Assembly (NCBI GenBank): GCA_017958305.1
Contig: JAGDCW010000026.1
Location: 1 to 58,514 of the forward strand
Reading direction: 5' to 3'
Source: Bacteroidales bacterium
Lineage (GTDB): Bacteria > Bacteroidota > Bacteroidia > Bacteroidales > UBA1402
DNA: 58,514 nt
Positions 19,807 to 27,628 of this stretch are shown here, in pieces; the stretch's first letter is position 1, and every line of letters starts with the position of its first letter. The translations under genes and the position numbers were made by a program. A model generated the notes under the pieces. It worked only from the letters and a program-made list of their open reading frames with translations. It did not search any database and was not told where the DNA came from.

Positions 19807-20573
19807 TGACCCCCGATACGCTGACACACTGGATCAAGCATCCCGAGACGCTCGACAAGGAAGCCATGCTGGAGCTGGGCCAGGTCCTCAGGGCCTATCC
19901 ATGTTTCTCGGCCGTCAGGATGTTGTATCTCAAGGCTTTGTACCAGTTGGGCGATCTGAACTACCACAGCGAGCTTTTCAAGACCTCCCTGTCGGTGCCC
20001 GACCGTCGGGTGCTCTATGGTTTCATCAACGACCTGCCTTATCCCATGGAGGTCGTGCCCGAAGAGCAGTCGAAAGATGATGTTCCGGTCGCCGAGGCGC
20101 AGGATTTCGGCCTGATCGACACCTATCTGGAAGGGGTCGTGGGTTCGAGCCCCACCGGGGTCACCTTGGAAAGCGGCTATGTCGGCTATTCACTGGAAAT
20201 GGAACACGGCGACGGCAGCGATGTGCCGGTGACCGATCCTGTGATCGGGGATTTCCTGGCGCATCCCAGCGAGCAGATTGTTCGTCCGGCGGCCCAGTCG
20301 AATGCATCGGCGGAGGCCGATGCCCCAGGAGCGGAGGCAGCCGTCCCGGCCGAGTCGGAGGCCCTGCCCGGCGAGGAGGAAATGGCCTGCTGGGAGGTGT
20401 TGCCCGAGTATGCCTTTACCGAGACTTTGGCCCGGATTTACATCAAACAGAAAAAATATGAGCGGGCAGTGGAAATATTCAAGTCGCTGATGTTGAAAAA
20501 TCCGGAAAAAAGTATTTACTTTGCCGACCGAATAAGATTCTTGGAAAAAGTAATTAATCATCTAAAAAAATAG
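19806..20573 (+). CDS. conserved hypothetical protein with an acidic disordered centre and a C-terminal TPR-like helix pair
   Basis: 255 aa. Its ATG overlaps the lptE stop by 1 nt (TAATG). The C-terminus reads TETLARIYIKQKKYERAVEIFKSLMLKNPEKSIYFADRIRFLE. Confidence 0.62.
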   Translation: MTPDTLTHWIKHPETLDKEAMLELGQVLRAYPCFSAVRMLYLKALYQLGDLNYHSELFKTSLSVPDRRVLYGFINDLPYPMEVVPEEQSKDDVPVAEAQDFGLIDTYLEGVVGSSPTGVTLESGYVGYSLEMEHGDGSDVPVTDPVIGDFLAHPSEQIVRPAAQSNASAEADAPGAEAAVPAESEALPGEEEMACWEVLPEYAFTETLARIYIKQKKYERAVEIFKSLMLKNPEKSIYFADRIRFLEKVINHLKK

Positions 20574-20578
20574 GAACT

Positions 20579-20899
20579 ATGTTTTTGGCTATCAGTATTT
20601 TGATATTTATCGTCGCCGCAGTGCTCATCCTCATCGTTTTGGTGCAGAACTCCAAAGGCGGTGGTCTGGCTTCCGGTTTTGCCTCCTCCAATCAGGTGAT
20701 GGGTGTCCGCAAAACCACCGATTTCCTGGAAAAAGCCACTTGGACGCTGGCCGGTATCGTACTGTTCGGTTGCATCATCTCGGCTGCCTTCATTCCGAAG
20801 AACAACCAGGAACGCGAATCGGCCCTCAAGGATCAGGTAGAGGACGCTGTCACGATGGATCCCAACCTGGTGGCTCCGGATTTCGACGACGCCGAATAA
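20579..20899 (+). CDS. secG: preprotein translocase subunit SecG
   Basis: 106 aa with two TM segments. It has the typical LVQNSKGGGLASGF motif. Confidence 0.9.
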   Translation: MFLAISILIFIVAAVLILIVLVQNSKGGGLASGFASSNQVMGVRKTTDFLEKATWTLAGIVLFGCIISAAFIPKNNQERESALKDQVEDAVTMDPNLVAPDFDDAE

Positions 20900-20912
20900 T
20901 CCGGTTCTTCAT

Positions 20913-20957
20913 AAAAAAACCAATGGGCGACTCTTCTCGAGCCGCCCATTTTTTTTG
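20913..20957. terminator. bidirectional rho-independent terminator between secG (+) and the PPTase gene (-)
   Basis: The element is A-run, hairpin AATGGGCGACTC..GAGCCGCCCATT (8 bp + 3 bp stem with one mismatch), then T-run. Confidence 0.65.
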
Positions 20958-21000
20958 TCTTTGCTTTTTGCGGTGTCCGCCCCGGCGGAATCGCCCTTGT

Positions 21001-21627
21001 CTAGTCTTCTCCCAGGCAGAGGCAAAGCAGGTGTCCGTCCAGGGGCTGATAGGAAAAGGAAAACTGTCTGTCGCCGTAGCGGCCGGTCAAGGGGTAATCC
21101 CCGGCCGAGGCGGGTGGATCGACGCTTAGGTCTTGCAAATAGCCCTCGACCTCGTCGCAAAGGGCCTTGTACAGGGCTTCTTTTCCGGTCCAATAGGTTG
21201 TCAGGAGCCGGATGCGGGCTTCTTTGCCGCCGGCCAGGGCGTCGAGTGCCCGGCTTTCCTGCGGCTGCAGGAACTTGTGCTCGACTTTGAGCATCCTTTC
21301 GCCGACGGCTTCCACATCCACTCCGATGTGACGGCGTTCGCGGCTCAGCACCACGGCGGCATACTCGCGGCAGTGGGAGAGGCTCAGGTGCCAATCGGAG
21401 TCTTTCAGGAAAGGACGGCCGGTCGGGTGGTGCGACAGGAGCCGGGGATCGAAGCCCAGTTGCCGGAGCAAGACCCTGACGGCGTAGAACTCCTGTCGCC
21501 GTCCCTCGGCCTTCAAGGGACAGTCCACGGCATAAGGCAACATTGAGGCCAGCGCCTCGGCGCTTTCCCCAATGTGCCATAATCCGTACAGACAGTCGTC
21601 TTCTTGTCCCTTCAGTCGTAGGCTCAT
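21001..21627 (-). CDS. 4'-phosphopantetheinyl transferase (Sfp/EntD-type)
   Basis: The start at ATG 21627 (MSLRLKGQEDD..) avoids the overlap with ssb. PPTase motifs are present: IGVDVE and WTGKEALYKA. Confidence 0.85.
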   Translation of the reverse strand: MSLRLKGQEDDCLYGLWHIGESAEALASMLPYAVDCPLKAEGRRQEFYAVRVLLRQLGFDPRLLSHHPTGRPFLKDSDWHLSLSHCREYAAVVLSRERRHIGVDVEAVGERMLKVEHKFLQPQESRALDALAGGKEARIRLLTTYWTGKEALYKALCDEVEGYLQDLSVDPPASAGDYPLTGRYGDRQFSFSYQPLDGHLLCLCLGED

Positions 21628-21634
21628 GGAAGAC

Positions 21635-22078
21635 TTAGAAGGGCAGGTCGTTGTTGGCGGCACCCGTGGGCGGCAGGTCGTCGATGCCGGGCGCTGCTGC
21701 CGGGGCGGCAGCCGGGGCGGGCTGTTTGTCGGCACCGGAATCGTCGCGCTTGCGACCCAGGAGCTGGATGGTGTCGGCCACGATTTCGGTGGTGTAGCGC
21801 GTCACGTTGTTCTTGTCGGTGTAGGAACGGTAGGTGATTTTCCCTTCGATGTAGAGCTGGCTGCCTTTGTGGATATGCTTCTCGGCCAGTGTGGCCAGTC
21901 CTCTCCATGCCACGATGTTGTGCCATTCGGTGCGTTCGGGCACCTGGGTGCCGTTGACCGTGGTGAAGGCGCGTTCCGAGGTGGCCAGGCTGAAGCGGGC
22001 TACGGGAACATCTTTGTCAAGAAAACGGACGTCGGGCTCGCTGCCGACATTTCCGACTAAAATAGCTTTGTTGATCAT
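21635..22078 (-). CDS. ssb: single-stranded DNA-binding protein
   Basis: 147 aa. The OB-fold N-terminus reads MINKAILVGNVGSEPDVRF..TEWHNIVAW. A Pro/Ala-rich linker ends in the tip NNDLPF. Confidence 0.95.
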   Translation of the reverse strand: MINKAILVGNVGSEPDVRFLDKDVPVARFSLATSERAFTTVNGTQVPERTEWHNIVAWRGLATLAEKHIHKGSQLYIEGKITYRSYTDKNNVTRYTTEIVADTIQLLGRKRDDSGADKQPAPAAAPAAAPGIDDLPPTGAANNDLPF

Positions 22079-22107
22079 AGTGTATGAATTTATAGGTTAA
22101 ACACGGC

Positions 22108-22115
22108 CAAAAGTA
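22108..22115 (-). promoter_or_regulatory. putative -7 box (TACTTTTG) upstream of ssb
   Basis: The reverse complement of CAAAAGTA lies 30 nt upstream of ATG 22078. Confidence 0.45.
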
Positions 22116-22174
22116 CCATGTTCAATCCGATTGTCAAAATATAAACTCGATATTAATCGCATATTTACTAATTA

Positions 22175-23251
22175 TTAACTAATGAGGCTGTCGAGCTGGT
22201 CTTTGAAGCGCTTGACCAAGATGGGAAGCGGATAGTTATCCATCTCATCTACAGCGATATGCAGGGCTCCTTCGGAGGGTTTCTCCGCTCCCGTGCCCGT
22301 GCGGACAAGATAGAACCCGGCTTCGATTGTCTGGTGGGTCAGTTGGTGGCGGCAGTGCCGGCTGGCCATGAGCCTGGCCCCCTGGCCTGTCCAGCGGCCG
22401 ATCTCGGGATGGGAGGCCAGCAGGGCGGCCCAGTCGGAGGCCGGATCCTCGATGAGGGGGAACTCCCACAGGTGCCGCCAGATGTCCTTGCCCTGCCGCT
22501 GCTGCAGGTAAATGCCCTGGCCGTCGTAGAGGCAAAGGTAGTGGAAACGGCGCGTTTTTCTTTTCAGCCCGGAGATCCTCACCGGCCGCTCCGACACCTT
22601 GCCCGAGGCCAGGGCCAGACAGTGGGCGGCAATCGGGCAATCGGCGCATCGGGGCGAGGAGGGGGTGCAGCACAGGGCGCCCAACTCCATCATGGCCTGG
22701 TTGTGAACGGCGGCATGGCGGGGATCTATCGTCTCGAGGGCCAGCGCCAGGAACAGCTTCTCCGAGCTCGACTCCAGGATGTTGGCCTCGATGTCGTAGA
22801 GCCTGGCCAGCACCCGGTACACGTTGCCGTCCAAGACCGCTCGGGCTTCGTCGAAGGCAAAGGAGGCGATGGCCGCGGCGGTGTAGCGCCCGATGCCCTT
22901 CAGGCGGAGGATGTCTTCGTAGCGGCGGGGAAACACGCCCCCGTGGTCGTTGACGATGCTGCGGGCCGCCTCGTGCAGGTTGCGGGCCCGGCTGTAATAG
23001 CCCAGCCCCTGCCAACAGCGCAGGACGCTGCCTTCGTCGGCCGCCGCCAGGGCCCCGACATCGGGGAAGTTGCGGAGGAACTCATTATAATAAGGTAGGC
23101 CTTGGGCGATGCGCGTCTGCTGGAGAATCACCTCCGACAGCCAGATACGATAGGGGTCGCGGGTCTGCCGCCAGGGCAGCTCGCGTTTGTTCGCCTCGTA
23201 CCATTGGCGTAGAAGACGGCTTATTTCAAAGCTTTTCTCATCGCTTTCCAT
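22175..23251 (-). CDS. mutY: A/G-specific adenine glycosylase
   Basis: HhH-GPD blocks are present (LPWRQTRDPYRIWLSEVILQQTRI, LKGIGRYTAAAI), along with 4Fe-4S Cys ligands (CTPSSPRCADCPIAAHC) and a NUDIX-like C-domain. The start is ambiguous between ATG 23251 (MESDEKSF..) and ATG 23284. Confidence 0.9.
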   Translation of the reverse strand: MESDEKSFEISRLLRQWYEANKRELPWRQTRDPYRIWLSEVILQQTRIAQGLPYYNEFLRNFPDVGALAAADEGSVLRCWQGLGYYSRARNLHEAARSIVNDHGGVFPRRYEDILRLKGIGRYTAAAIASFAFDEARAVLDGNVYRVLARLYDIEANILESSSEKLFLALALETIDPRHAAVHNQAMMELGALCCTPSSPRCADCPIAAHCLALASGKVSERPVRISGLKRKTRRFHYLCLYDGQGIYLQQRQGKDIWRHLWEFPLIEDPASDWAALLASHPEIGRWTGQGARLMASRHCRHQLTHQTIEAGFYLVRTGTGAEKPSEGALHIAVDEMDNYPLPILVKRFKDQLDSLIS

Positions 23252-23393
23252 GCTCACAAAGTAACAAAAAAACTTTGATTCCATGGGTTTTTCCTTTCAT
23301 GAAATGACAAAGTATTGATTATCAATATGGTGTGCAAAACATTTTTTTAGGGAAAAAATCTTCGGAAAATTTTTTCTTCCTGAAAATTAGGTA

Positions 23394-23401
23394 TATATTT
23401 G
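23394..23401 (+). promoter_or_regulatory. putative -7 box (TATATTTG) upstream of the HU gene
   Basis: An exact TAnnTTTG match lies about 105 nt upstream of ATG 23508. Confidence 0.45.
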
Positions 23402-23507
23402 CAACCCGAAAGCGAGAATTCCGGACAAGCCCCTGGGGCAAGCGGTTTTTTCCGATCAAAGAGGAAGTTCAAAAACCTAATTGTATAATTTCAAAGTTCT
23501 AACAACA

Positions 23508-23783
23508 ATGACTAAAGCGGATATCGTTAACGAAATCGCCAAGAGCACTGGCGTTGAGAAAGCAGCTGTTCTTTCAGTAGTTGAGTCTTTCATGGAAACC
23601 GTCAAGGGTTCCCTCATCAAGGAAGAGAATGTTTATCTGAGAGGCTTTGGTAGCTTCATCATCAAGAAGAGAGCTCAGAAGACGGCTCGTAACATTTCCA
23701 AGAATACGACCATCATCATCCCCGAGCACAACATTCCTGCTTTCAAGCCCGCCAAGACTTTCATGACCGAGGTGAAGAAGTAA
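23508..23783 (+). CDS. hup: HU-family DNA-binding protein
   Basis: 91 aa from ATG 23508 (MTKADIVNEIAKSTGVEKAAV..RGFGSF..RNISKNTTIIIPEHNIPAFKPAK). The track's TTG at 23481 is probably too early. Confidence 0.95.
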   Translation: MTKADIVNEIAKSTGVEKAAVLSVVESFMETVKGSLIKEENVYLRGFGSFIIKKRAQKTARNISKNTTIIIPEHNIPAFKPAKTFMTEVKK

Positions 23784-23799
23784 TTTTAAAATCACTCAT

Positions 23800-23889
23800 A
23801 TGCCAAGCGGAAAAAAGAAAAAAGGGCACAAGATGTCCACGCACAAACGTAAAAAAAGACTGAGAAAGAACAGACATAAGAAGAAATAA
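23800..23889 (+). CDS. 29-aa extremely basic small protein, bS22-like (not in the ORF track)
   Basis: ATG 23800 to TAA 23887-23889 encodes MPSGKKKKGHKMSTHKRKKRLRKNRHKKK. It starts 17 nt after the HU stop and ends 27 nt upstream of a strong terminator. It resembles the mycobacterial bS22 pattern (..[20 protein letters not shown]..) as I recall it. Confidence 0.6.
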   Translation: MPSGKKKKGHKMSTHKRKKRLRKNRHKKK

Positions 23890-23916
23890 TGTTGTTCTTC
23901 CCGGTAACTGTCAGAT

Positions 23917-23967
23917 AAGAACAAACTTACGTGACTGTACAGCCAGTAAGTTTGTTCTTTGTTTTTC
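23917..23967 (+). terminator. rho-independent terminator after the HU/small-ORF unit
   Basis: The 14-bp perfect stem AAGAACAAACTTAC / GTAAGTTTGTTCTT has a 15-nt loop and is followed by TGTTTTT. Confidence 0.75.
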
Positions 23968-23984
23968 AAATTTCAAGACCTGCT

Positions 23985-25562
23985 ATGACTACAGAACTGG
24001 TAGTGGATGTCCAGCCCAAGGAGATTTCGCTGGCCGTGCTCGAAGACAGCCGGCTGATGGAATTCCAGAAGGAAAGCCGGGACGTATCGTTCTCGGTGGG
24101 CGACATCTTTCTGGGTCGGGTTCACAAGGTGATGCCCGGCCTGAACGCTGTTTTCGTAGATGTGGGCTATGAAAAAGACGCATTTCTCCATTATCTGGAT
24201 TTGGGTCCCCAGTACAAATCCCAGCAGGCTTTCCTCGCACAGTTGCAGGCCAACCGCAAGAAAACCCTCTCGTTGAGCAAATTCCGCATGCAGCCCGATA
24301 TCCCCAAGGAAGGGCATATCGCCGAGCTGCTCAATCCCGGACAGGACATCCTTGTGCAGATCGCCAAGGAACCGATCTCGACGAAAGGCCCCCGGCTCAC
24401 TTCGGAAATCTCCATCGCCGGCCGTTTTCTCATCCTGATGCCTTTTTCGGACAAAATCTCCATCTCGACCAAGATCAAGTCGCAGGAGGAGCGTGTCCGG
24501 CTCAAGCAACTGCTCATGAGCATCACCCCCAAGGGCTTCGGCGTGATTGTCCGCACCGTGGCCGAGAACAAGCGGGTGGCCGAACTCGACAACGAGCTGA
24601 AAGTCTTGCTCAAGCGCTGGGACGACATGCTGCAGAAAATCCAGACGGCACAGAAACCGCCGTCACTGATCTATGAAGAGACCGGCCGCACGGTCGTCTT
24701 GTTGAGAGATTTGCTGAACGCCTCCTTTGAGCATATCTATGTCAATTCCAAGGAAGTGTTCGAAGAAATCAGGGATTATGTCAGCCTGATCATGCCCGAA
24801 AAGACGGACATTGTCAAGCTCTACGACAAGGAAATCCCCATTTTTGACCATTACGGTGTGACCAAACAGGTCAAGTCGGGCCTGGGACGTGTTGTCTCCA
24901 TCAAGGCTGGCGCCTATCTGATCATCGAGCATACCGAAGCCATGCACGTCATCGACGTGAACAGCGGCAACCGGACGCGCTCCCAGGACGGTCAGGAGGC
25001 CAATGCCTTCGAGGTGAACATGTCGGCTGCCGACGAAATCGCACGCCAGCTGCGCCTGCGCGACATGGGTGGCATCATCGTGGTGGATTTTATCGACATG
25101 AACGATGGTACGAACCGTCAGAAGCTGTACGACCGCCTGAAGGAGGACATGGCCAACGATCGTGCCAAGCACAACATCCTGCCTCTGAGCAAGTTCTGCC
25201 TTATGCAGATCACCCGCCAAAGGGTGCGTCCGCAGACTTTCATCCAAACGGCAGAGGTCTGTCCGACCTGCTTCGGCAAGGGGGAAATCCGTCCGTCGAT
25301 ACTGTTCACCGACATGCTCGAAAACAAGATTGCGTACCTGGTCGGGAAACTGCACAAGAAGAAATGCACCTTACGGGTCCATCCCTACGTGGCAGCCTAC
25401 ATCGAGAAGGGAGGTCTCTCTTCCCTGAAGTGGACGTGGCGCAGGAAATACGACCTCGGGCTCAGAATCGTGCCTTCACAGGCCATGACCTATCTCGAAT
25501 ACGCCTTTTTCGACCGGAAAGGGCAGGAGATAGACATGAAGGAGGAAATCGAGATCAAGTGA
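23985..25562 (+). CDS. rng: Rne/Rng-family ribonuclease (RNase G-like)
   Basis: An in-frame ATG at 23985 (MTTELVVDVQPKEISLAVLED..) lies downstream of the terminator. There is an S1 domain (GDIFLGRVHKVMPGLNAVFVDVG), the catalytic block HVIDVNSG and a Zn-link-like CPTCFGKG. Confidence 0.92.
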   Translation: MTTELVVDVQPKEISLAVLEDSRLMEFQKESRDVSFSVGDIFLGRVHKVMPGLNAVFVDVGYEKDAFLHYLDLGPQYKSQQAFLAQLQANRKKTLSLSKFRMQPDIPKEGHIAELLNPGQDILVQIAKEPISTKGPRLTSEISIAGRFLILMPFSDKISISTKIKSQEERVRLKQLLMSITPKGFGVIVRTVAENKRVAELDNELKVLLKRWDDMLQKIQTAQKPPSLIYEETGRTVVLLRDLLNASFEHIYVNSKEVFEEIRDYVSLIMPEKTDIVKLYDKEIPIFDHYGVTKQVKSGLGRVVSIKAGAYLIIEHTEAMHVIDVNSGNRTRSQDGQEANAFEVNMSAADEIARQLRLRDMGGIIVVDFIDMNDGTNRQKLYDRLKEDMANDRAKHNILPLSKFCLMQITRQRVRPQTFIQTAEVCPTCFGKGEIRPSILFTDMLENKIAYLVGKLHKKKCTLRVHPYVAAYIEKGGLSSLKWTWRRKYDLGLRIVPSQAMTYLEYAFFDRKGQEIDMKEEIEIK

Positions 25563-25577
25563 TCCTGCCGTAGATTG

Positions 25578-25614
25578 AAAAAAGAGCGTTGCCCTGCGGG
25601 GTGACGCTCTTTTT
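25578..25614. terminator. bidirectional terminator between rng (+) and the CYTH gene (-)
   Basis: The stem AAAAGAGCGT / ACGCTCTTTT (10 bp) has a 14-nt loop and is flanked by A-run and T-run. Confidence 0.65.
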
Positions 25615-25637
25615 CGTATATAATACAAGGTGTGTGC

Positions 25638-26111
25638 CTATTTCCAGGTCTTGTAGGGCTGCCGGCCCAGCATGACGTTGTAGTAGCGCTTGTCGCCCGT
25701 CACTTCGCGGCCCAGCCAGTCGGGGCGGGGATAGGGGCTGTCGGCCGAGGGCAGTTCCAGTTCGGCGACGACCAGGCCCTCGTTGTCGCCGTGGAATTCG
25801 TCGACTTCGAAGACAAAGCCGTCCTGGGGCACCAGGTAGCGGGTTTTCTCTATCTTGCCGGGCAGGCAGAAGCGCATCAGCTCGCGGGCTTCCTCCAGGG
25901 GAATGGCCTTTTCCCATTCGAAACGCTCGACGCCGTCCTGGGTCGAGGGGCCTTTGAAGGTAAGGAAGGCCTCGTTGTCGCGGATCCTGACGCGGAGGGT
26001 CTTGCCCTGGGTGTCGAACAACCAAGCCTGAACGATGTCGTAATGCCTTACGGCCAACGATTTGTATCGCTGGTCGCGCAGCAGGAACTTGCGTTCGGTC
26101 TCGGTGGCCAT
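25638..26111 (-). CDS. CYTH-domain protein (triphosphate tunnel metalloenzyme)
   Basis: 157 aa. The N-terminal MATETERKFLL carries the ExExK signature of the CYTH/TTM fold. Alternating basic/acidic beta-strand residues follow. Confidence 0.85.
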   Translation of the reverse strand: MATETERKFLLRDQRYKSLAVRHYDIVQAWLFDTQGKTLRVRIRDNEAFLTFKGPSTQDGVERFEWEKAIPLEEARELMRFCLPGKIEKTRYLVPQDGFVFEVDEFHGDNEGLVVAELELPSADSPYPRPDWLGREVTGDKRYYNVMLGRQPYKTWK

Positions 26112-26114
26112 GAT

Positions 26115-26489
26115 TTAGAAGGGCAGGTCGTCCTTGTCGTCGGTGGCGCTGAAATCGGCCGGAGCGGCCGGCTGTCCAAAGGCGCTCCGGGGCTCGGCGG
26201 CAGGTGCGTCGGCGGCGGGCTGGGCGTCGGCCTTGTCCACTTTCCAGGCGTTGACGTTGGTGTAGTAGCGGCCGTTGTATTCGCGGCTTTCCACGTCGAA
26301 GGAAACAACGACTTCCTGATCGATCTCCAGGGGGTACTGGTCGATCTTGTCGCCTCTCAGGCTGAAGCACATCTGCTTGGGATAGCGGTCGCCGTATTCG
26401 AGGACGTATTCTTGTCTCTGCCAGTTGCCATTGCGGCCTTCGCCGCTCTGCAGCGGGAGTTTCTTGATGATTTTACCTTTGATTTCCAT
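26115..26489 (-). CDS. DUF3127-family small protein with an SSB-like disordered tail ending DDLPF
   Basis: ATG 26489 gives MEIKGKIIKKLPLQSGEGRNGNWQRQEYVLEY..; the track's longer start would crowd the tRNA (ending only 4 nt from it). The product is 124 aa. An Ala/Pro-rich linker ends in the C-terminus ..SATDDKDDLPF. The stop lies 3 nt from the CYTH start. Confidence 0.8.
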   Translation of the reverse strand: MEIKGKIIKKLPLQSGEGRNGNWQRQEYVLEYGDRYPKQMCFSLRGDKIDQYPLEIDQEVVVSFDVESREYNGRYYTNVNAWKVDKADAQPAADAPAAEPRSAFGQPAAPADFSATDDKDDLPF

Positions 26490-26561
26490 ATCTTCTTTTG
26501 TCTTTTGATTCGAAGAAAACACCCGAAGCGCTTGATGACGTTTCGGGTGTGATCCCATAAG

Positions 26562-26646
26562 CGGAGGAAGAGGGATTCGAACCCCCGGAACCTCTCAGTT
26601 CAACGGTTTTCAAGACCGCCGCAATCGACCACTCTGCCATCCCTCC
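26562..26646 (-). tRNA. tRNA-Ser (anticodon UGA), class II with long variable arm
   Basis: The reverse complement reads GGAGGGATGGCAGAGTGGTCGATTGCGGCGGTCTTGAAAACCGTTGAACTGAGAGGTTCCGGGGGTTCGAATCCCTCTTCCTCCG. It folds into a 7-bp acceptor stem (one G-U), a D arm, anticodon loop CTTGAAA and a 16-nt variable arm. The T loop is TTCGAAT and no CCA is encoded. Confidence 0.9.
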
Positions 26647-26681
26647 AGAAGCGACTGGCATGGTGGGCCAGTCAAGCCGGA

Positions 26682-27305
26682 TTACTCAGCGGCGGGAGCT
26701 TCAGCTTCGGCAGCGGGAGCCTCGGCTTCTTCGGCGGCGGGAGCTTCGGCCTCGGCGGCGGGAGCTTCGGCAGCCTGCTCGGCGGCAGCTTCAGCAGCTT
26801 CCTGGGCGGCAGCTTCGGCCTGGGCGGCTTCTTCTGCAGCCTTCTTCTCGGCCAGTTTCTTGGCCAGAGCCTCGGCTTTTGCCTTGTGGACAGCTTCTTC
26901 AGCTTCCTTGCGCTCTTTTGCCTTGATCTGCTCGGCTTCCTTTAATTTGGAAGCGGTAGCATTGAGGGCAGCCTGTTTGTTCTTCTTCCAGGCCTCGAAA
27001 CGCTTCTCGGCTTCGGCTTCGTCGAAGGCACCCTTGGCGACACCGCCCATGAGGTGTTTCTTCAGCATGACGCCTTCCCTGGAAAGAATGTTGCGAACAG
27101 TGTCGGTAGGCTGTGCGCCTACGCCAAGCCAATACAAAGCACGCTCGAAATTCAAATCTACTGTAGCAGGATTAGTGTTCGGATTGAACGAACCCAATCT
27201 TTCAATAAATTTACCATCACGTGGTGCCCTGCTGTCGGCTGCGACGATGTAGTAAAAAGCATAGCCTTTACGTCCATGTCTTTGCAATCTAAGTTTTGTT
27301 GCCAT
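26682..27305 (-). CDS. rpsP: 30S ribosomal protein S16 with a long Lys/Ala/Glu-rich C-terminal extension
   Basis: 207 aa with N-terminus [42 protein letters not shown]. The tail ends in four AEAPAAE-type repeats. Confidence 0.95.
   Translation of the reverse strand: MATKLRLQRHGRKGYAFYYIVAADSRAPRDGKFIERLGSFNPNTNPATVDLNFERALYWLGVGAQPTDTVRNILSREGVMLKKHLMGGVAKGAFDEAEAEKRFEAWKKNKQAALNATASKLKEAEQIKAKERKEAEEAVHKAKAEALAKKLAEKKAAEEAAQAEAAAQEAAEAAAEQAAEAPAAEAEAPAAEEAEAPAAEAEAPAAE
26685..26830. repeat. imperfect tandem 21-24-nt repeats (coding, Ala/Glu/Pro tail of S16)
   Basis: The plus strand shows GCGGCGGGAGCTTC(A/G)GC(T/C)TCGGC-type units repeated about 4 times, then GGCGGCAGCTTC variants. These translate on the minus strand as [20 protein letters not shown]. 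Confidence 0.7.
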
Positions 27306-27343
27306 TGTGTTGTTTGATTTTAGTTGTTTTGCATTAGCGGCTG

Positions 27344-27351
27344 CAAAGGTA
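27344..27351 (-). promoter_or_regulatory. putative -7 box (TACCTTTG) upstream of rpsP
   Basis: The reverse complement of CAAAGGTA lies 39 nt upstream of ATG 27305. Confidence 0.45.
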
Positions 27352-27628
27352 GTAATTTTATTTGTATCACCAAGATAGCCTCTTGAAAAAAACTTGTAAA
27401 TAATTGCGGAAAAGTGGGGCGGCGATGCTGGGAAAATGCAATACTTTTTGTAACTTGCCGTCTTGTCGGGACAGGTGGTTCCGGCCCGGTGACATGGCGG
27501 TTAAATTATGATGCAATTGCTTGATATTGTGATGTGATACACAGTTTTGTACATATTAAATTTACGATTAGGCAATCATTTATTAATTATTAACGCGCCG
27601 GGTCTTGGCCCATACCGCCGCATGGTTA

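Noticed and set aside
21001-21735. A longer 244-aa version of the PPTase ORF overlapping ssb by 100 nt.
   Set aside because: The N-terminal 36 residues are Pro/Arg/Thr-rich junk read from the ssb linker in another frame. ATG 21627, 7 nt after the ssb stop, gives a normal PPTase N-terminus.
23315-23325. The palindrome TTGATTATCAA in the mutY-HU divergent spacer.
   Set aside because: It is short (5-1-5) and AT-rich in an AT-rich spacer, so it is compatible with chance. No cognate regulator is evident nearby.
26562-26646. tRNA-Ser as a possible integration site of a genomic island.
   Set aside because: Both flanks are housekeeping genes (rpsP, DUF3127/CYTH). There is no integrase, no direct repeat of the tRNA 3' end and no compositional break.
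26685-26830. Tandem repeats that could suggest a CRISPR or minisatellite array.
   Set aside because: The units are 21-24 nt, contiguous without spacers, and lie in frame within rpsP, encoding its Ala/Glu/Pro tail. I saw no CRISPR-like repeat-spacer structure anywhere in the window.
27425-27511. A 28-codon Cys-containing small ORF ([28 protein letters not shown]) in the rpsP-recA spacer.
   Set aside because: It shows no GC3 bias like real genes here, has no promoter box in a suitable position and resembles no recognisable peptide family. It is most likely random.
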